Made by a program: the position numbers and the translations under genes
The notes under the pieces: generated by a model
Told to the model about the DNA's origin: nothing
The model's database searches: none
What the model saw: only the letters and a program-made list of their open reading frames with translations
Origin: Camelus ferus
Taxonomy: Eukaryota
Direction: 5' to 3'
Length of the DNA: 64,000 nucleotides
Assembly: GCF_009834535.1 (NCBI RefSeq)
Contig: NC_045696.1
Span: forward strand, 103,232,001 to 103,296,000
Shown here: positions 1 through 12,423 of the stretch, in pieces
How the letters are laid out: each line of letters opens with the position of its first letter
Position numbering within the stretch: the first letter of the stretch is position 1

Positions 1-1105
1 TACAAGCCTGGAACTATGCATGGTAGGAGACACCAGTGAGTAAGACAGACACTCCTGGCCCTCATAAGTCTAGCAGGAGGTTATAGTCTAGCAAGAAAGA
101 CATCTATTAAATGAATAATTGAAAAAAACAAAGGATTAGCAGATATATACTACTTAACACTAAGGATTTGTGTTAAGTGCCAGGAAGAAGTAGAATCAGT
201 GATCTCTTTCTAAAGGAAGGGCTTTGTCTAGTGACAAAAAGGGCTTCTTTAAAGAAGTCATGTTTCAGGGGAGCCCTGAAGGAAGAATAGGGGTGGTGGG
301 ATAGGTGGGGAGGCTGTTGGCCAAGGAGCAGTCCACTCAGAGAGGACCAGTGAGGAAGGCCCCGAGCAGGGAGGAACATGACCCGTTTAAAGAACTGAAA
401 GAATGCCCTATTTCTTTTCTATAACTGAGACAGCTCCCATCTCTGTAGTCCTCCAGTAACATGGGTCCGGGGACGCCTTTTCCCCAGTGATACCACTTTT
501 AACTGCTACTGCATGTCACATCTGCCGGCTCCAGGCAATCCCCATCAGACTTCCCTTATACATGTAGAATTACCCAGGACTCTTGTTTACTAGAAATAAA
601 GGAAACTGATTTCTTCTCCCTGGGTATCTTCCCAGGAGAGATACAGCCTCATTAGAGGAGATGAGATAAACATTCTTTCATGTATGAACTAATGAGGTGG
701 CGGTGAATAGTGACATGTTACTGCTAGTGAGTAGGGTCTTTGTTCATGACCTTGCCTCCCTCTTGCTTCCTGCTGGGATGACACACAGTAAGATGAGTAC
801 GGCTGTGGCTGGAATGGAGCCCAAACATGAATGAAGTAGACTGCAGGCGCAGGGTCTGTGCAAGGCACCAACTGAGTATTACTGGTGAAAATGTTAGAGG
901 CTGGTGAGGACCCTGATATGCTATGGATGGAGGTTGATGAGTCAGGAGAAAATCCCATCAGCATGTGGAGAAGGAAGAGCTGGGTCTGCCCATCCCTGGG
1001 AGAGAGCCTGCTAACAGTGGACGTCAGGACCAGTTGATCTGAACTGCTCCTCTTCCAGGCTGGGGCAAGAGGTCTAATCTTTCTCATACTTTAATAAACC
1101 CGAGG

Positions 1106-1210
1106 CGGAAGGGAAATAGCTCATGGTAGAGAGTATGCCTAGCATGCGTAGCACGCACGAGGTCCTGGGTTCAATCCCCAGTACCTACATTAAAAAGAAA
1201 GAAAAAAGAA
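1106..1210 (+). mobile_element. tRNA-derived SINE (Vic-1-like, short form)
   Basis: A box tagctcatggtagag, B box gggttcaatcccc, A-rich tail; small internal TAGCAYGC duplication. Confidence 0.88.
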
Positions 1211-1689
1211 ACCCAAGAGCCAAGGGTGTTCACTCCCTTACTGCTCACTACCTGCTGAACCCCTCAGCCTGACCTGAAAGAGCACAATGTGTTTTAAGAA
1301 TACGCAGCACCTTGGAGGAGGGTGACCAGTTCAATAAACCACAACAGGCAGCTCCCACAGAGGCAGATCTCATGGAAGAAACAGAAGATTACAATAACAG
1401 CAACAAAAAGGAAACAATAAATGGATAAAAGAAAATGTTGCATGGAAATGTTGGGAAAGTATAAAAAGTTTCAAAGAGCAAAAACCATGACATATAAAAT
1501 GAAAAAAAATTAATAAAATGTAAAATGGACAGTGCTAACAGTTCAAATAGGAATCAGGAAGAATTTAAAAACAGAAAGGAATAAAAAATAGAAAAGGAAA
1601 CTGAAAGGTAAGCAATACAGAGGGAAGACCAGAGGAAAAAAAATGTGACTAAAAATCTCTACCTAGATGGGTGAGAAATAACATCACAG

Positions 1690-3780
1690 TGTGTGAATGA
1701 CGTTTCTCTTATTATGAGTGAAGTTGAACTTCTTTTCCTATATTTAAGAAAAAAATATTATTCAAAATCAACTTTATTGTGGTTTAATTTGTATATAATT
1801 AGTCACCTATTTTAAGGATTCATTCAGTGAGTTTTGACCAAGTAGATACTGACATATAAAAATGTACAGTTATCGCTATAATCAATTTATTCATATCTGA
1901 ATCTACAGCTGTAGGTTTATAGTGGTTGTTTTTGGTTTGGTTTAGGTTGGGTTTTTGGTGTATAGTTCTACTAGTTTTAAGATCTGTATAGACTGAATAA
2001 CCATCACCACGATCAGGACTGTAATTGATGTACTAAACACTTTGATCATCCCTCCAAATTACCTTGTGTCATTCCTTGGTAAATCCCTGCCCTGTTCTGA
2101 TCTCTGGGAGCAGATCCAGTCTGTTCTCCATCCCTATGCTTTTACCTTTTCCACAGTATCATATAAATGGAATCATATAACCAGTTGAGATGGTGTCTTT
2201 TACCTAGCATATTACCTTTGAGATTCATGTTTTTGTATTTATCAATAGTTCATTTCATTTTATTGCTAAGCAATTTTCTGTTATGTGGATATATCACAAT
2301 TTGTTCATCCATCCTCCCACAGAAAGACATGTGAATAAAGCTCCTATGAACAGTCATGTAGAGGTTTTTCTGTGAATGTAAGATTTCATCTTTCTAGGGT
2401 AGATACCTAAGAGTGGGATTGCTGGCTTATATAGACACAATTTCATACATGTCATATAAACACATACATAAATAACTATGTTTATTTTTTATTAAAAAAA
2501 ACAAACCCAAACCTGCCAAACTGTTTTCCAGACTGGCTGTACCATTTTATGTTCTTAGCAACAATGTGCATGTTCATCTTGCTCCAGTGGTTGGTATTGT
2601 CTTTTTTCTTCTTCCTTTTCTGTAAGTCACTCTGATTGGTGTGTAATGTTATTTCATTTTGCTTTTAATTTGCATGCTCCTGATAGCTAATAATGTCAAA
2701 CTACTTTCCATGTGCTCACTTTTCATCTGTGTATCTTTTTTGGTGAAGTATCCAAATCTTTTGTGTATTTTTTATTGGGTTTTCTTACTGATAAGTTTTA
2801 AGAGTTCTTTTTAAATTCTGAACACAGGTCCATTTTGGAATATATGATTTGCAAATATTTTTCCTTTGACTGTGCCTTATCTTTTCATATCATATCTTTT
2901 CATTCCTTAACTGTTTTTAAATTGGTAAAGTCTAATTTATCAATTTTTTGTTTTATGGATTGTATTTTGGGTTCTCTATCTAAGAACTATTTGCCAAATC
3001 AGACATAAAGATTTTTCTCCCATATTTTCTTCTACAAGTGTTGTAGTTTATGTTTTAGTTATACATTTAGCTATATAACCCATCTTTGTATAAAATGTGA
3101 GATTTAAGTTGAGGTTCTTTTTAAATTAAGTTTTTTTTGCATATAGATGTCCTTGAGCATTTCTTTTATAGTATGTTTGTTGGCAACAAATTCTCTTAAT
3201 CATCCTTCAGTGGAGACTGTCTTTATTCCTGAGGGATAATTTTTGCTGGATGTCAAGTTCTGGGTCAACAGCTCTTTTCTTTTAGTACTTCCACTGTCTT
3301 TAGACTATCATCATTTGATGAGAAACCTATAGTTGTTTCAGTGTTTGTTCCCTAGTATGTAATCTGGCTACTTTCAAGACTTTTTCTTTGCCTTTGGTTG
3401 TCAGTTTTCAGTTTTATTATGGTGTGGCTGTGCATGAATTTCTTTGTGTTCATGCTGTTTGAGATTTGCAGAACATCTTTTTGGGGGGGGGTGGTAATTA
3501 GGTTTGTTTGTTTGTCTATTAATGGAGGTAATGGGGATTGAACCCAGGATCTTGTGTATGCTAAGCACACACTCTGCCAATTGAGCTACATACCCTCCCC
3601 TGCTGAACTTATTGAATCTATAGATTTATATCTTTCCTCCACTGTGGGAAATTTACAGTCATTTTTTTCCTTCACGTAGTTTTTCTGCAGTGCATTCTTT
3701 GTCCTTTCCTTCTGGGACTCAGTGACAGAAATGGGCCTTTTCTTATTGTCCCACTGACCCCTGAGGCTCTGTTTTCTCTT
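1690..3780 (-). mobile_element. Old L1 (L1M-type) fragments, antisense, interrupted by a SINE
   Basis: Typical antisense L1 3' UTR/ORF2 text, e.g. aagagtgggattgctgg, ctgccaaactgttttccag, atatgatttgcaaatattttt. Confidence 0.78.
3478..3600 (-). mobile_element. tRNA-derived SINE (Vic-1-like)
   Basis: Reverse complement of head GGGGAGGGT..AGCTC, B box and AAACCTAATTACC-C-rich tail. Confidence 0.9.
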
Positions 3781-4394
3781 TCTTGCTCTCTCTCTTTCTC
3801 AGTTTTTTTTTTTTTTCTTTCTTATTCAAGTCGAAAGAACCCCCCCACCCCCCCCACCCCCAAACAAACCAGGATAATTACTCCCTTTCTGTCCTATAGA
3901 GGCCCCTGGCTCCTATTTCTCAGGCCAGAGAGAGGGGGCTTCTTCAGAAGCTGCCCATTTTTGCACCTAGTATACAGACTCAAGTTTCAGGTTTCAGGTT
4001 GTCCCTGATCCTAGGCCAGGAGATACCAGAGAAAATAAAAAACAGGAAATTCGCTGCCAGTTTGGTGGTACTCAGAGTTCCCTGGTTGGACTGCTAGCTT
4101 GTTCTTTTGAGTCCTCAGATAACTTTTCTGTGTATTCCATCCCGGATTTTTAGTTGCACTCAGTGAGAGAGAGATAAGTCTGCTTACTTTAGAAGACTTT
4201 CCATCAATAAGCTCATTTGAGAACAGTTTAAGTGGAAGATTATTTAGAGAAATTCTTCAAGCACAGACAGAACAACCAGTAAAGAGTGTGAACAAACTAG
4301 ATTTTCCCCCATTTCTTTGTCTGTTACAAAAAACTTTCCTAGGATCAGCCACCTAGTATATTTTCTAAATCTTGATTTAAAAATATAGACATTT

Positions 4395-4525
4395 GGGGGA
4401 GGGGAGGGTGTAGCTCAGTGGTAGAGCGCATGATTAGCGTACACAAGGTCATGGGTTCAATCCCCAGTGCCTCCATTAAATAAATAATAACAATAATAAA
4501 TAAACCTAATTACCCCCCCAAAAAA
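4395..4525 (+). mobile_element. tRNA-derived SINE (Vic-1-like)
   Basis: gtagctcagtggtagagcgcatg...gggttcaatccccag, tail aaacctaattacccccc; TSD tatagacaYttg. Confidence 0.93.
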
Positions 4526-4739
4526 TATATAGACACTTGGATGTGATTTTTTTTAAGTATAGATTTCAAAAGCAGTGTTTTCTCTTTAATATTAGTTTTT
4601 GAAGTGCTAGATGTATTTTGATGTGTTACCTGGACATTTTGAACAAATGAATGTAACTTATGGATCTGATAACTCTCATTTTGAGTGAAATTTGTGATTA
4701 TTATTAAGTGATCCTCATTCTCTTGTGTTTTAATCAGTC

Positions 4740-4765
4740 TTTTTTTGGGTGGCATGGTTATTAGG

Positions 4766-4844
<79 letters not shown>

Positions 4845-4923
4845 TTTAATGGAAATACTGGGATTGAACCCAGGACCTCATGCATGCTAAGCATGCACTC
4901 TACTACTGAGCTATACACTTCCC
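4740..4923 (-). mobile_element. tRNA-derived SINE (Vic-1-like) with expanded tetranucleotide linker
   Basis: Reverse-strand A and B boxes; TSD cttgtgttttaa on both sides. Confidence 0.92.
4766..4841. repeat. Compound microsatellite (TTAT)9(TTAC)10
   Basis: Read directly from the sequence. Confidence 0.95.
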
Positions 4924-5119
4924 ACTTGTGTTTTAACACAAGAGTTCCTTAAACTTCTTGTCTTGAGTTAATTCTTCATTATAATAACAAAGCATATAAG
5001 ATATTAAAACCCTCTAATTAAGGCTGTGTAAAGCCAGCAGTACTTATTATGACCAGCTCCTGAGCTTTTTCATCTGATCTGTGCTGTCAGTTTCACAAAT
5101 TTATTTTGGAGTCACAGAC

Positions 5120-5752
5120 AAGACTATCCAAATGGCCAATGAAAAGGATTTCAACTTCATTAGTCAACAGAGAAATACAAATCAAGCCATCATGCAATAC
5201 CACCAAATAGCTAAAATGGAAAACACAGGAAGTATCAGTTGTTGGAAAGAATATGGGATAACTGGAACTCTCATATTGCTAGCAGGAGCCCTCAATTGGT
5301 AAAAAATTACTTTGGAAAATGATTTGGCAGTATTTGCTAAAGCTAGTTCTAAGTATGAAGACCCTAGGACTAGCAATTCCACCCCTTGGTATATAGCAAA
5401 CAGAAATGTATACATATGCTTTCCAAAAAGAATGTACATGAATGTTCACAGTGGCCTATTTATATTAGCCAAAAACAGGAAACTACCCATATGCATATCA
5501 GATGTAGAATAGTTGAATGAATTGTGCGTGTGGAGAGTGGATTACCATACCGGCATGAGAATGAGTGAGTACAACTGCTTGTAACAAAATGGATGGATCT
5601 CACAGGCATGTTGTCGAACAAAAGAAGTTGGTATCTTGATCTGAGTGTTGGTTACCTGGGTGTATTCACACTGTGAAAAAGTCATCCAGCTGTACACTCC
5701 TAGGATTTGTGCATCTTCCTGTATGTAGATTAAATACTTAACTAAAAAAAAA
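5120..5752 (+). mobile_element. Old L1 (L1MC/ME-like) 3' end
   Basis: caaatggccaat..., ggaactctcatattgct, agcaattccacccctt, ends in an A tail. Confidence 0.78.
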
Positions 5753-6282
5753 GAAGTATACTAAATGAAATAGGTCTTGATTTTTTTTGTTTTATAAAGA
5801 TTGGCTTTTAGTATATCTGTTTGTTACTGGCCCCTTATTGAACTCATTGATGGTGTAGTTTTTCAGTTGACTCTCTTGGCAGTATTAGGTAGATGATCTC
5901 TTCATCAGAGAACTAGAATGGGTGTTATCTACAGGAGAATAAATTTTTTAATGCCAGAAAACACTTAGAACTGATTTTTAAACAGCCCAAATATCTTTAA
6001 AAGGAAAAAGTAAGGGCTGCTGCACACAGAGCCCATCTAAGAGGGTCTTCTGTCTCCCTTCCATGGGCCGTAAATCTCTGCAGTGGGGAACCCGGGTAGC
6101 ACTAGAGCAGACTGGCCTTTGTGTTGACCCTTTTAAGTGAGCAACCTTTCAAATTATATTCATAACAAATGTTGATGCATGTAAATACAAGTTATATAAC
6201 ATAATTCTGTTTGTCCCTCCCCAACCCCTTCGTTTTGTTTTAGAGTTTTTTTGTTGTTGTTTGTTTGTTTTTGTTTTTGCAG

Positions 6283-6377
6283 ATCTGTTCACAGATGCTG
6301 CTGAAACTGAAAAAATGGCCAGAAGTTTGGAAGATTCTGAAGGAGTTTATTTTGTTCCATCTTTTAGTGGATTGCAG
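6283..6377 (+). CDS. GK5: Glycerol kinase 5, internal coding exon (95 nt)
   Basis: Poly-pyrimidine ...tttttgcAG acceptor and CAG|gtattt donor. Translates (D)LFTDAAETEKMARSLEDSEGVYFVPSFSGLQ, the FGGY-kinase GVxFVPxFSGL motif, matching GK5 as I recall it. Confidence 0.96.
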
Positions 6378-6907
6378 GTATTTTTTAAAAAGAGTTAATG
6401 GCAATTACAAACATTTCTCTCTTCATACTCACACCCAAATTTATGTGTCTGCCATTCCCTTTATCTGAAATGTGGGCGCTGGAAAGAACTAAGGTTAAAG
6501 TGGCATTCTAGGGCCGAGAAGCTGTGCTTTGACCTAGCATGAGTTCCATGAGAGGGCAGAGCAAATTCAGTCGGCTGCTTCTGTTCAGAACTCCTCTGTG
6601 GAAACTAAAAGTTGGCAGGTTTATTATAAAACTTTTACATAAGACCCATGGTTTCTTTATCATAACCAAAAATAGCCATTTCCCACTGGGGGAAAATACA
6701 TTAGCAAATTGACATTCTTTGCTTAGAGGAGGTATACCACTGAAAATTAGAAAAATAACATTAAGGTATATACACACATATGTTTATGTGTGTATTTTGC
6801 AGTTATTTGTAGCTTTCATTAACTTTTAAAAAAAAAAATCAGAATTTCTTTAACTGTTGTGGTGTGGAATATTGGTTACTTTGCCTAACTAAAAAGTGCA
6901 CCCTGTC

Positions 6908-7058
6908 GGGGAGGGTGTAGCTCAGCAGTAGAGTGCATGCTTAGCAGGCACAAGGTCCTGGGCTCAGTCCCCAGTACCTTCACTAAAAATAAAATAAATT
7001 AAAAATTAATTTAAAAATACGTAAAGAAACCTAATTACCTATTCCCCCAAAACAAAAC
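6908..7058 (+). mobile_element. tRNA-derived SINE (Vic-1-like)
   Basis: ggggagggtgtagctcagcagtagagtgcatgcttagc head; TSD aaaaagtgMacccKgtc. Confidence 0.92.
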
Positions 7059-7072
7059 AAAAAAGTGAACCC

Positions 7073-7114
7073 GGTCTTGTAATAACCTTTAATTACAAAG
7101 AATATAAAACCAAA

Positions 7115-7182
<68 letters not shown>

Positions 7183-7296
7183 TGGCTGGGACATGTGCTG
7201 TACACCAGAAATTGACACATTGTAACTGACTTTACTTCAATTAAAAAAAAATTAATTGGTTTTGGAAAAACTCTCAGATTGAGCAATAAATCGAAA
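7073..7296 (+). mobile_element. 5'-truncated lineage-specific L1 3' end with (TA)n(CA)n expansion and extra 3' segment
   Basis: gctgtacaccagaaattgacacattgtaactgac..ttcaattaaaa is shared with copies at 25464, 38088 and 61083; TSD aaaaaagtgaaccc. Confidence 0.82.
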
Positions 7297-8829
7297 AAAA
7301 AAGTGAACCCAATAAAAGATTTGATTTTGTAATATTTAACTTTGTATTTAATTGAAAGATCTTTAATACTGCCTTCAATTTTAGCATATTGTTATGAAGA
7401 CTCTTAAAATCTACTTTCAGTAAATCAGCTATATTTCAATTTAAATTAAAAAAAATAAAAAATAAAATCTGTTTTTAGGTATATTATTATGAACAGAATC
7501 CCCCCCTTTTTGGAATTAGTTCTTTTAATTTTCCTCCAAGTTTTTTTTCTTTCGAAAAATAAAAATTTACCTTCTGTCTAGTCCATTCCATACTCAGGCA
7601 ATCAGTTACAACAAATTCAAAATTTGAGAGTTTAGGTAATAGGATGTAGAACCCAATGAGAAAGAAATAGATCAGGTGTTTTAAATCTCTAAAAATACCA
7701 GATTTTCAATCTAGGCTTTAAAATGAGCATTCTTTTAATATCTTTAATAATCTCCTTCTATGTACTTTTTTCTAAGGACTAAAAGTTTATAAACTACGTG
7801 TAGAGATTGCATTGCATCCTCTTCAGGGTGACGTGAGGCAACTAAATAGCACCCATGATAAGACAAGGAGAAAAGAATATTTGTCTGATTGAGGTTTAAG
7901 GACGAAGGTTAGGTGAATAGTTGTCATCAGCAAAGGTAGAGTTTAATTAGGTTCCTATGGATTCTTCTTTTTATGAAAACTGTGCTGGGGGAACCTAGTA
8001 GTGACTTTACCCTGGCAACTCTGCTTTTAACTTCTCTACCAGCTCATATGCCTGTAAAAATAATATAAAATATCTGATAAAGGAACTCAGAGTATTGCTA
8101 AAGTCCAAAAAGTTAGACAGGACTGTCACAGATGTGGTTTTTAATGCCATGTTGATAACGATATGTCCCTGTCCTGCCATGATTGCACCCTGGCAGTATG
8201 TTGAGGTTGGGTGGGGTGGTGGAGGACCGCAGGCCTGTCATTTCCTGGTGTGAAATGAAACTCTTAACTGGAAACTGAAAGTGAACTCAGACAACAATAG
8301 TGTGTTGATACTAAGCTGTTTGGAAAACAGTGGGGAGGATCACCTATGAGCAGCCAATGTCAACAACTAGAGAACGTGCAGGCTAGGAGAATGGCAGGAA
8401 GGAAGGATCCAGCATCTGTGACACTGCCTTTCATGTTAGAACCTTGTTACAGCCGTGGCTCATGGCGGGCAGGATGCCTCAGGCTCCTAACAGCCTATTT
8501 CTCAAGGGCATCAGCTGAGGAAGGGGCATGGGAGGAACTTTGAGGAGAGGGGGAATGCGGGGACAGCCACTGCAGGGAATGGCAGAGGGCTGGTCTGCAG
8601 CGTGGGAGCAGTACATGGGACTGCATCAGTTAGTGCGGCTGTTGTGGCGTTTGTCTGGCAGGGCGGGTGGATTGGGAAGGGGATACTAGCGTAGAGCATC
8701 CGTGACAGGTATCAGAAGCAGGAATCGGCGATCGTTCACCTGACGTTAAAGTTTCTGTGATGACGGCCGTAGTAGGAGGGACAGGACAGGCAGCCAAGTG
8801 CCAGTCTTCAGAGCTTGAGGAGTCATGCT

Positions 8830-9330
8830 CCAATGAGGGTTCTTGGGTTTGCAAGGAACAGGCTTGTTTAAGCCATTCCTGAGAGGAGCTGGCTGTTCAC
8901 ATCCTCCTGAGCATCTGGGATGGAAAGGGATGCTCTGTACTGACTGTACGGTTCTGTGTTCCTCTTTGTGGTTTCTGCTTCTCTGTGAGTGTGCTTTCCT
9001 CTTCTCCTTACCAGCTTTGCTCTGTGTCCTTTCGTCCTCATAATTTCGAATCGTCATGATTTTCCTTAACCTTCCTCCTTGTCACAATTTGGAAGTAGGC
9101 ACAGACTTCTTCCACCTTGTGCGTCCTTTTAGCACGGGTGCCCTCTGAGGTCTTTCCTGGTTCAGATTTCCAGGGGAGGGAATCTGATTGGACCACCTTG
9201 TCTTTTCAAGCTTTGAATAGCCTTTGAGTCAGCTGTGCTCACCCCTCCTTACGGTTGAGATGGTGGCAGTGGGACTAGAGCATGAAACAGGGCTACTTTA
9301 GACAAGGATTGAAGCAGTTTCCTGAGAACC
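8830..9330. mobile_element. Degenerate MaLR (MLT1-like) LTR remnant
   Basis: ttggtttgcaagg..acag and gggagggaatctgattgg motifs typical of old MLT1 LTRs. Confidence 0.4.
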
Positions 9331-9794
9331 CCTTCCTCCTTGGCCAGCAAATACTGTGAACTCCTCCTCTAGCTCTGTGGTACGTCTGCACCATGGAAGG
9401 GCAAAGGGAGATAAAGCATGATGTGGATGTGGACTGACATGTCTGCTGACAGTAGATGCATAGTGACCACTTGTGGTCAGGGAAGGCTTGCACAGTGTCC
9501 TTCTGGTCCTTGTGGTATGCAAGCCTGGGGACCCTCCACTGAATAGCGACAGCTGAAGTCATTTGCCCAGCACAGAGCCAAGTTTGTTATAGCAACTAAC
9601 CACAAAATAAGTGCAGAGACTGTCTCAGGGTGGTTTGAGGGTTAGGGGAGTTTATTTACAATAGAAGGAAATGTTCAGAAGGCATAGTGAAAGCATTATG
9701 AAGACAGTGAGTAGTAGTGGGAAGGGTTTAGGTGAAAAATAACAGTAAAATAAAAATTGGAGTGGCAGATAACCTGTGAATATGGACTAATGTC

Positions 9795-9995
9795 TCAGGC
9801 ACTGTCCTAAATTCTTTACAAATGCGTTGTCTCATTCAGTCTTCTGTAACCCAACAAAAGTAGAAGGTAACTCTTTTCATCCCATTGTGAAGCTGAAGAA
9901 ACTGAGCTTTGGAGCTGTTATATCACTTGCCCTGTGTCACACAGATAGTGAGCAGCAGGGCTGGACTCTGGAGTCCAGATCCTTAACAGCTCTGC
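9795..9995. mobile_element. MIR SINE
   Basis: MIR core-like cccattgtgaagctgaagaaactgag...tcacttgccc..gtcacacagatagtgag. Confidence 0.72.
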
Positions 9996-10849
9996 TGTAT
10001 TGTTTCATGGTATAGCATAAAATATTCTGATGATGGGGATACACAGTTGGAGCCAGAGGAACTTACGTTTAGGGTCTAGGACAAGAGGCACGGTGGCATT
10101 AATCATCCTGCAGGTCCCCAGTAGATTAGGCTGAGATTCCAGTGGGGACCAGGGCCAGGGGAGCAGGTAGTCTGTGCCCTGGGCCAGAGTCTGCTGGTTC
10201 TGCTCAAGGTGCCAAACAGAACTTTGCTGAGTCCTGCTGTTCCTAGCTGGTTGATGGTTCTGGGAAGGTCACTTGGTGGGGTTGGCAGTGACAGATTGGA
10301 GGTGTGGCTGGAGGCTGTCTGCCCTGGCAAGTTGTGACCAGGCCCTTAAAGGGATCTTGCCAGTGTTTTTCCTACCTTATCATCCCTGAGACTGGCTTGG
10401 GCTAACAAATGCAGGGACATTGTAACCTATAAAGAAATTTGTAGGTTTCTTCCATGGACTTTATCACCAACTCAAGTTGGCCTGTTACTATTGGTAAACT
10501 ATGTTCATAGCTATTTGTACAAAAGTGATTTCAGTTCAATTATACCAGGATTTTATGTGGTATAAGTCATTTTTATGCAGAAAAACAAATTAGAGCACAT
10601 TATTGGGAACTAATTGAACTGGCTTAGTCTGACCCATCTTTGTTTTACAGTGTTTTACACTTGGAATACCTTTTGGTATGTTTACTGTCTAAGTCAGTTT
10701 TTCCTAAGTGAATCACCAAAAGGTGTTCATAAATTTGAAAAATTACTAAGATAAAATCACAATGGGAGGAAAATCATGGCTACTGTAAAGATAAGATATA
10801 ACGGAGAAGTTCTTCAGTTAAGACATTAGGGAAAGTATTGTTTGTTCAT

Positions 10850-11230
10850 GGATTCACCAAGTGTGTGTTGCTCCCCTGTGAGGGGCCAGGTACAGCACTA
10901 GGCCCTGGAGACACACTGTAACCCGTCAGATGAGTTTCCACCAGCGATGCTAACAGCGCAGCGGGGAAAATAGAGTTTCAACAAACGATCACACAAATAT
11001 ATGTGATTATAAACTGGGGCACATGACATGATGGGAAGTTACAGGTTCCCAAAAATGTATAATGGCGGACCTTATCTAGACTATGGGGTTTGGAGTTTTC
11101 CCAGAGGAAGCTAAGGCAAGATTTGGGAGGGGAGTGGGGTTAACTAGGAGGAGGCGTGGTAGAAAGTTTTCCAGCTGAGGAGATGACGTGTCACAGCCCT
11201 GAAGCTCAAGGTACTTTTCCTGGGGACCAT
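10850..11230. mobile_element. L2 fragment
   Basis: ccaggtacagcactaggccctggagacac...ttcccagaggaag, L2 3'-region pattern. Confidence 0.6.
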
Positions 11231-11521
11231 CATTTCCCGACAGCACTAGCATGTCCCTCTGCCATGACCTTATGTGAGTGTGTTGGAACTGTTCTGTGTT
11301 TCCTTGTGAGACAGCAGGCTCTGGCAGAGATCTCTGTGTCTCATCTCCATGTCCCAGAATCGTTTTGCATTTCCAGGGATGCAAAGATGAATACAAACTT
11401 CATCTGACGAACACATAATTCCAGCTCAAGATTATGGCCTTTTAAAAGCAGATGTCATACGGGGTTGCCTCTGATACTAGGCAATAAGACTAAAGAGAAG
11501 AGAGAATAGAATAAGAGAAAT

Positions 11522-11641
11522 GGGGCAAGGGGAATAGCTCAGTGGTAGAGCGCATGCTTAGCATGCAAGAGGTCCTGGGTTCCAGTACCTCCGTTAAATA
11601 AGTAAATAAATAAATCTAATTATCTCCCCACCTCCCCCAAA
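11522..11641 (+). mobile_element. tRNA-derived SINE (Vic-1-like), B box partly deleted
   Basis: Perfect 14-bp TSD agaataagagaaat (11508-11521 and 11642-11655). Confidence 0.93.
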
Positions 11642-12084
11642 AGAATAAGAGAAATAGAAGAGTTTAGTTTGAGAGTCTGTCACAATATTGAGTGTACGTT
11701 ATGACACTGAGAAGCACCTTTTTTACAGTATAGTTTTATCTAAGTTTAACTGACATCCTCAGAAAACCACTCTACGTAGGAAATAATTTCAGTATAAATG
11801 CTTAACCGTTGGAGAAAGGAGGAAATACTAGCATTACTGTTCATTTCCCTCATATATAAAAGCAAGGCATTTCATGATTTGTTACTCTGGGCTTCAGTCC
11901 CTTTTCTTGGCATGGGCACAAACGAAAGATCCAGCTCAGTCCAATAACTGTGACTCAGCCTTGCTTGAGTTCTGTCGAAAAGTTACTCTAATAATTAACG
12001 TCATTTGGGGGCTGTCATTTATTCTAAAACTACTTATATCTAAATAAGCTATTTTTTTTTCTAACATGGCTTTGTGGTTTTTAA

Positions 12085-12239
12085 AATTTATTTTATTATT
12101 AATTGGTGGGGGTAGGTAAATTAGGTTTTTAACTGATTATTAATTAATTAATTAATTTTAATGGAGATACTAGGGATTGAACCCAGGACTGTGTGCATGC
12201 TAAGCACACACTCTATCACTGAGCTATACCCTCCCCCCC
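12085..12239 (-). mobile_element. tRNA-derived SINE (Vic-1-like)
   Basis: Reverse-strand head (gagctataccctcccc) and B box (ggattgaacccagg); ends ~80 nt before a GK5 acceptor. Confidence 0.9.
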
Positions 12240-12319
12240 GTTTTTATTGTATGATATGTCTTCAAGTCTGTGGACATAATTTAGAACAATAATAATATAT
12301 TCTTACTCTCTCACTTTAG

Positions 12320-12423
12320 GCTCCATTAAATGACCCGTGTGCATGTGCCTCTTTCATGGGTTTGAAGCCTTCCACCACTAAATACCATCTTGTACGAGCA
12401 ATATTGGAGTCAATAGCTTTCAG
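12320..12423 (+). CDS. GK5: Glycerol kinase 5, internal coding exon (104 nt)
   Basis: ctctctcactttAG acceptor and AG|gtacca donor. Translates APLNDPCACASFMGLKPSTTKYHLVRAILESIAF(R). Phase-0 start matches the previous exon. Confidence 0.96.

Noticed and set aside
689..1087. 132-aa minus-strand ORF
   Set aside because: No recognisable protein similarity or splice context; within chance for GC-moderate intronic sequence.
4395..4480. tRNA-Ala-like genes (also at the other SINE heads)
   Set aside because: A/B boxes are present, but stems are degenerate and copies have A-rich tails, most with TSDs. They are SINEs, not tRNA genes.
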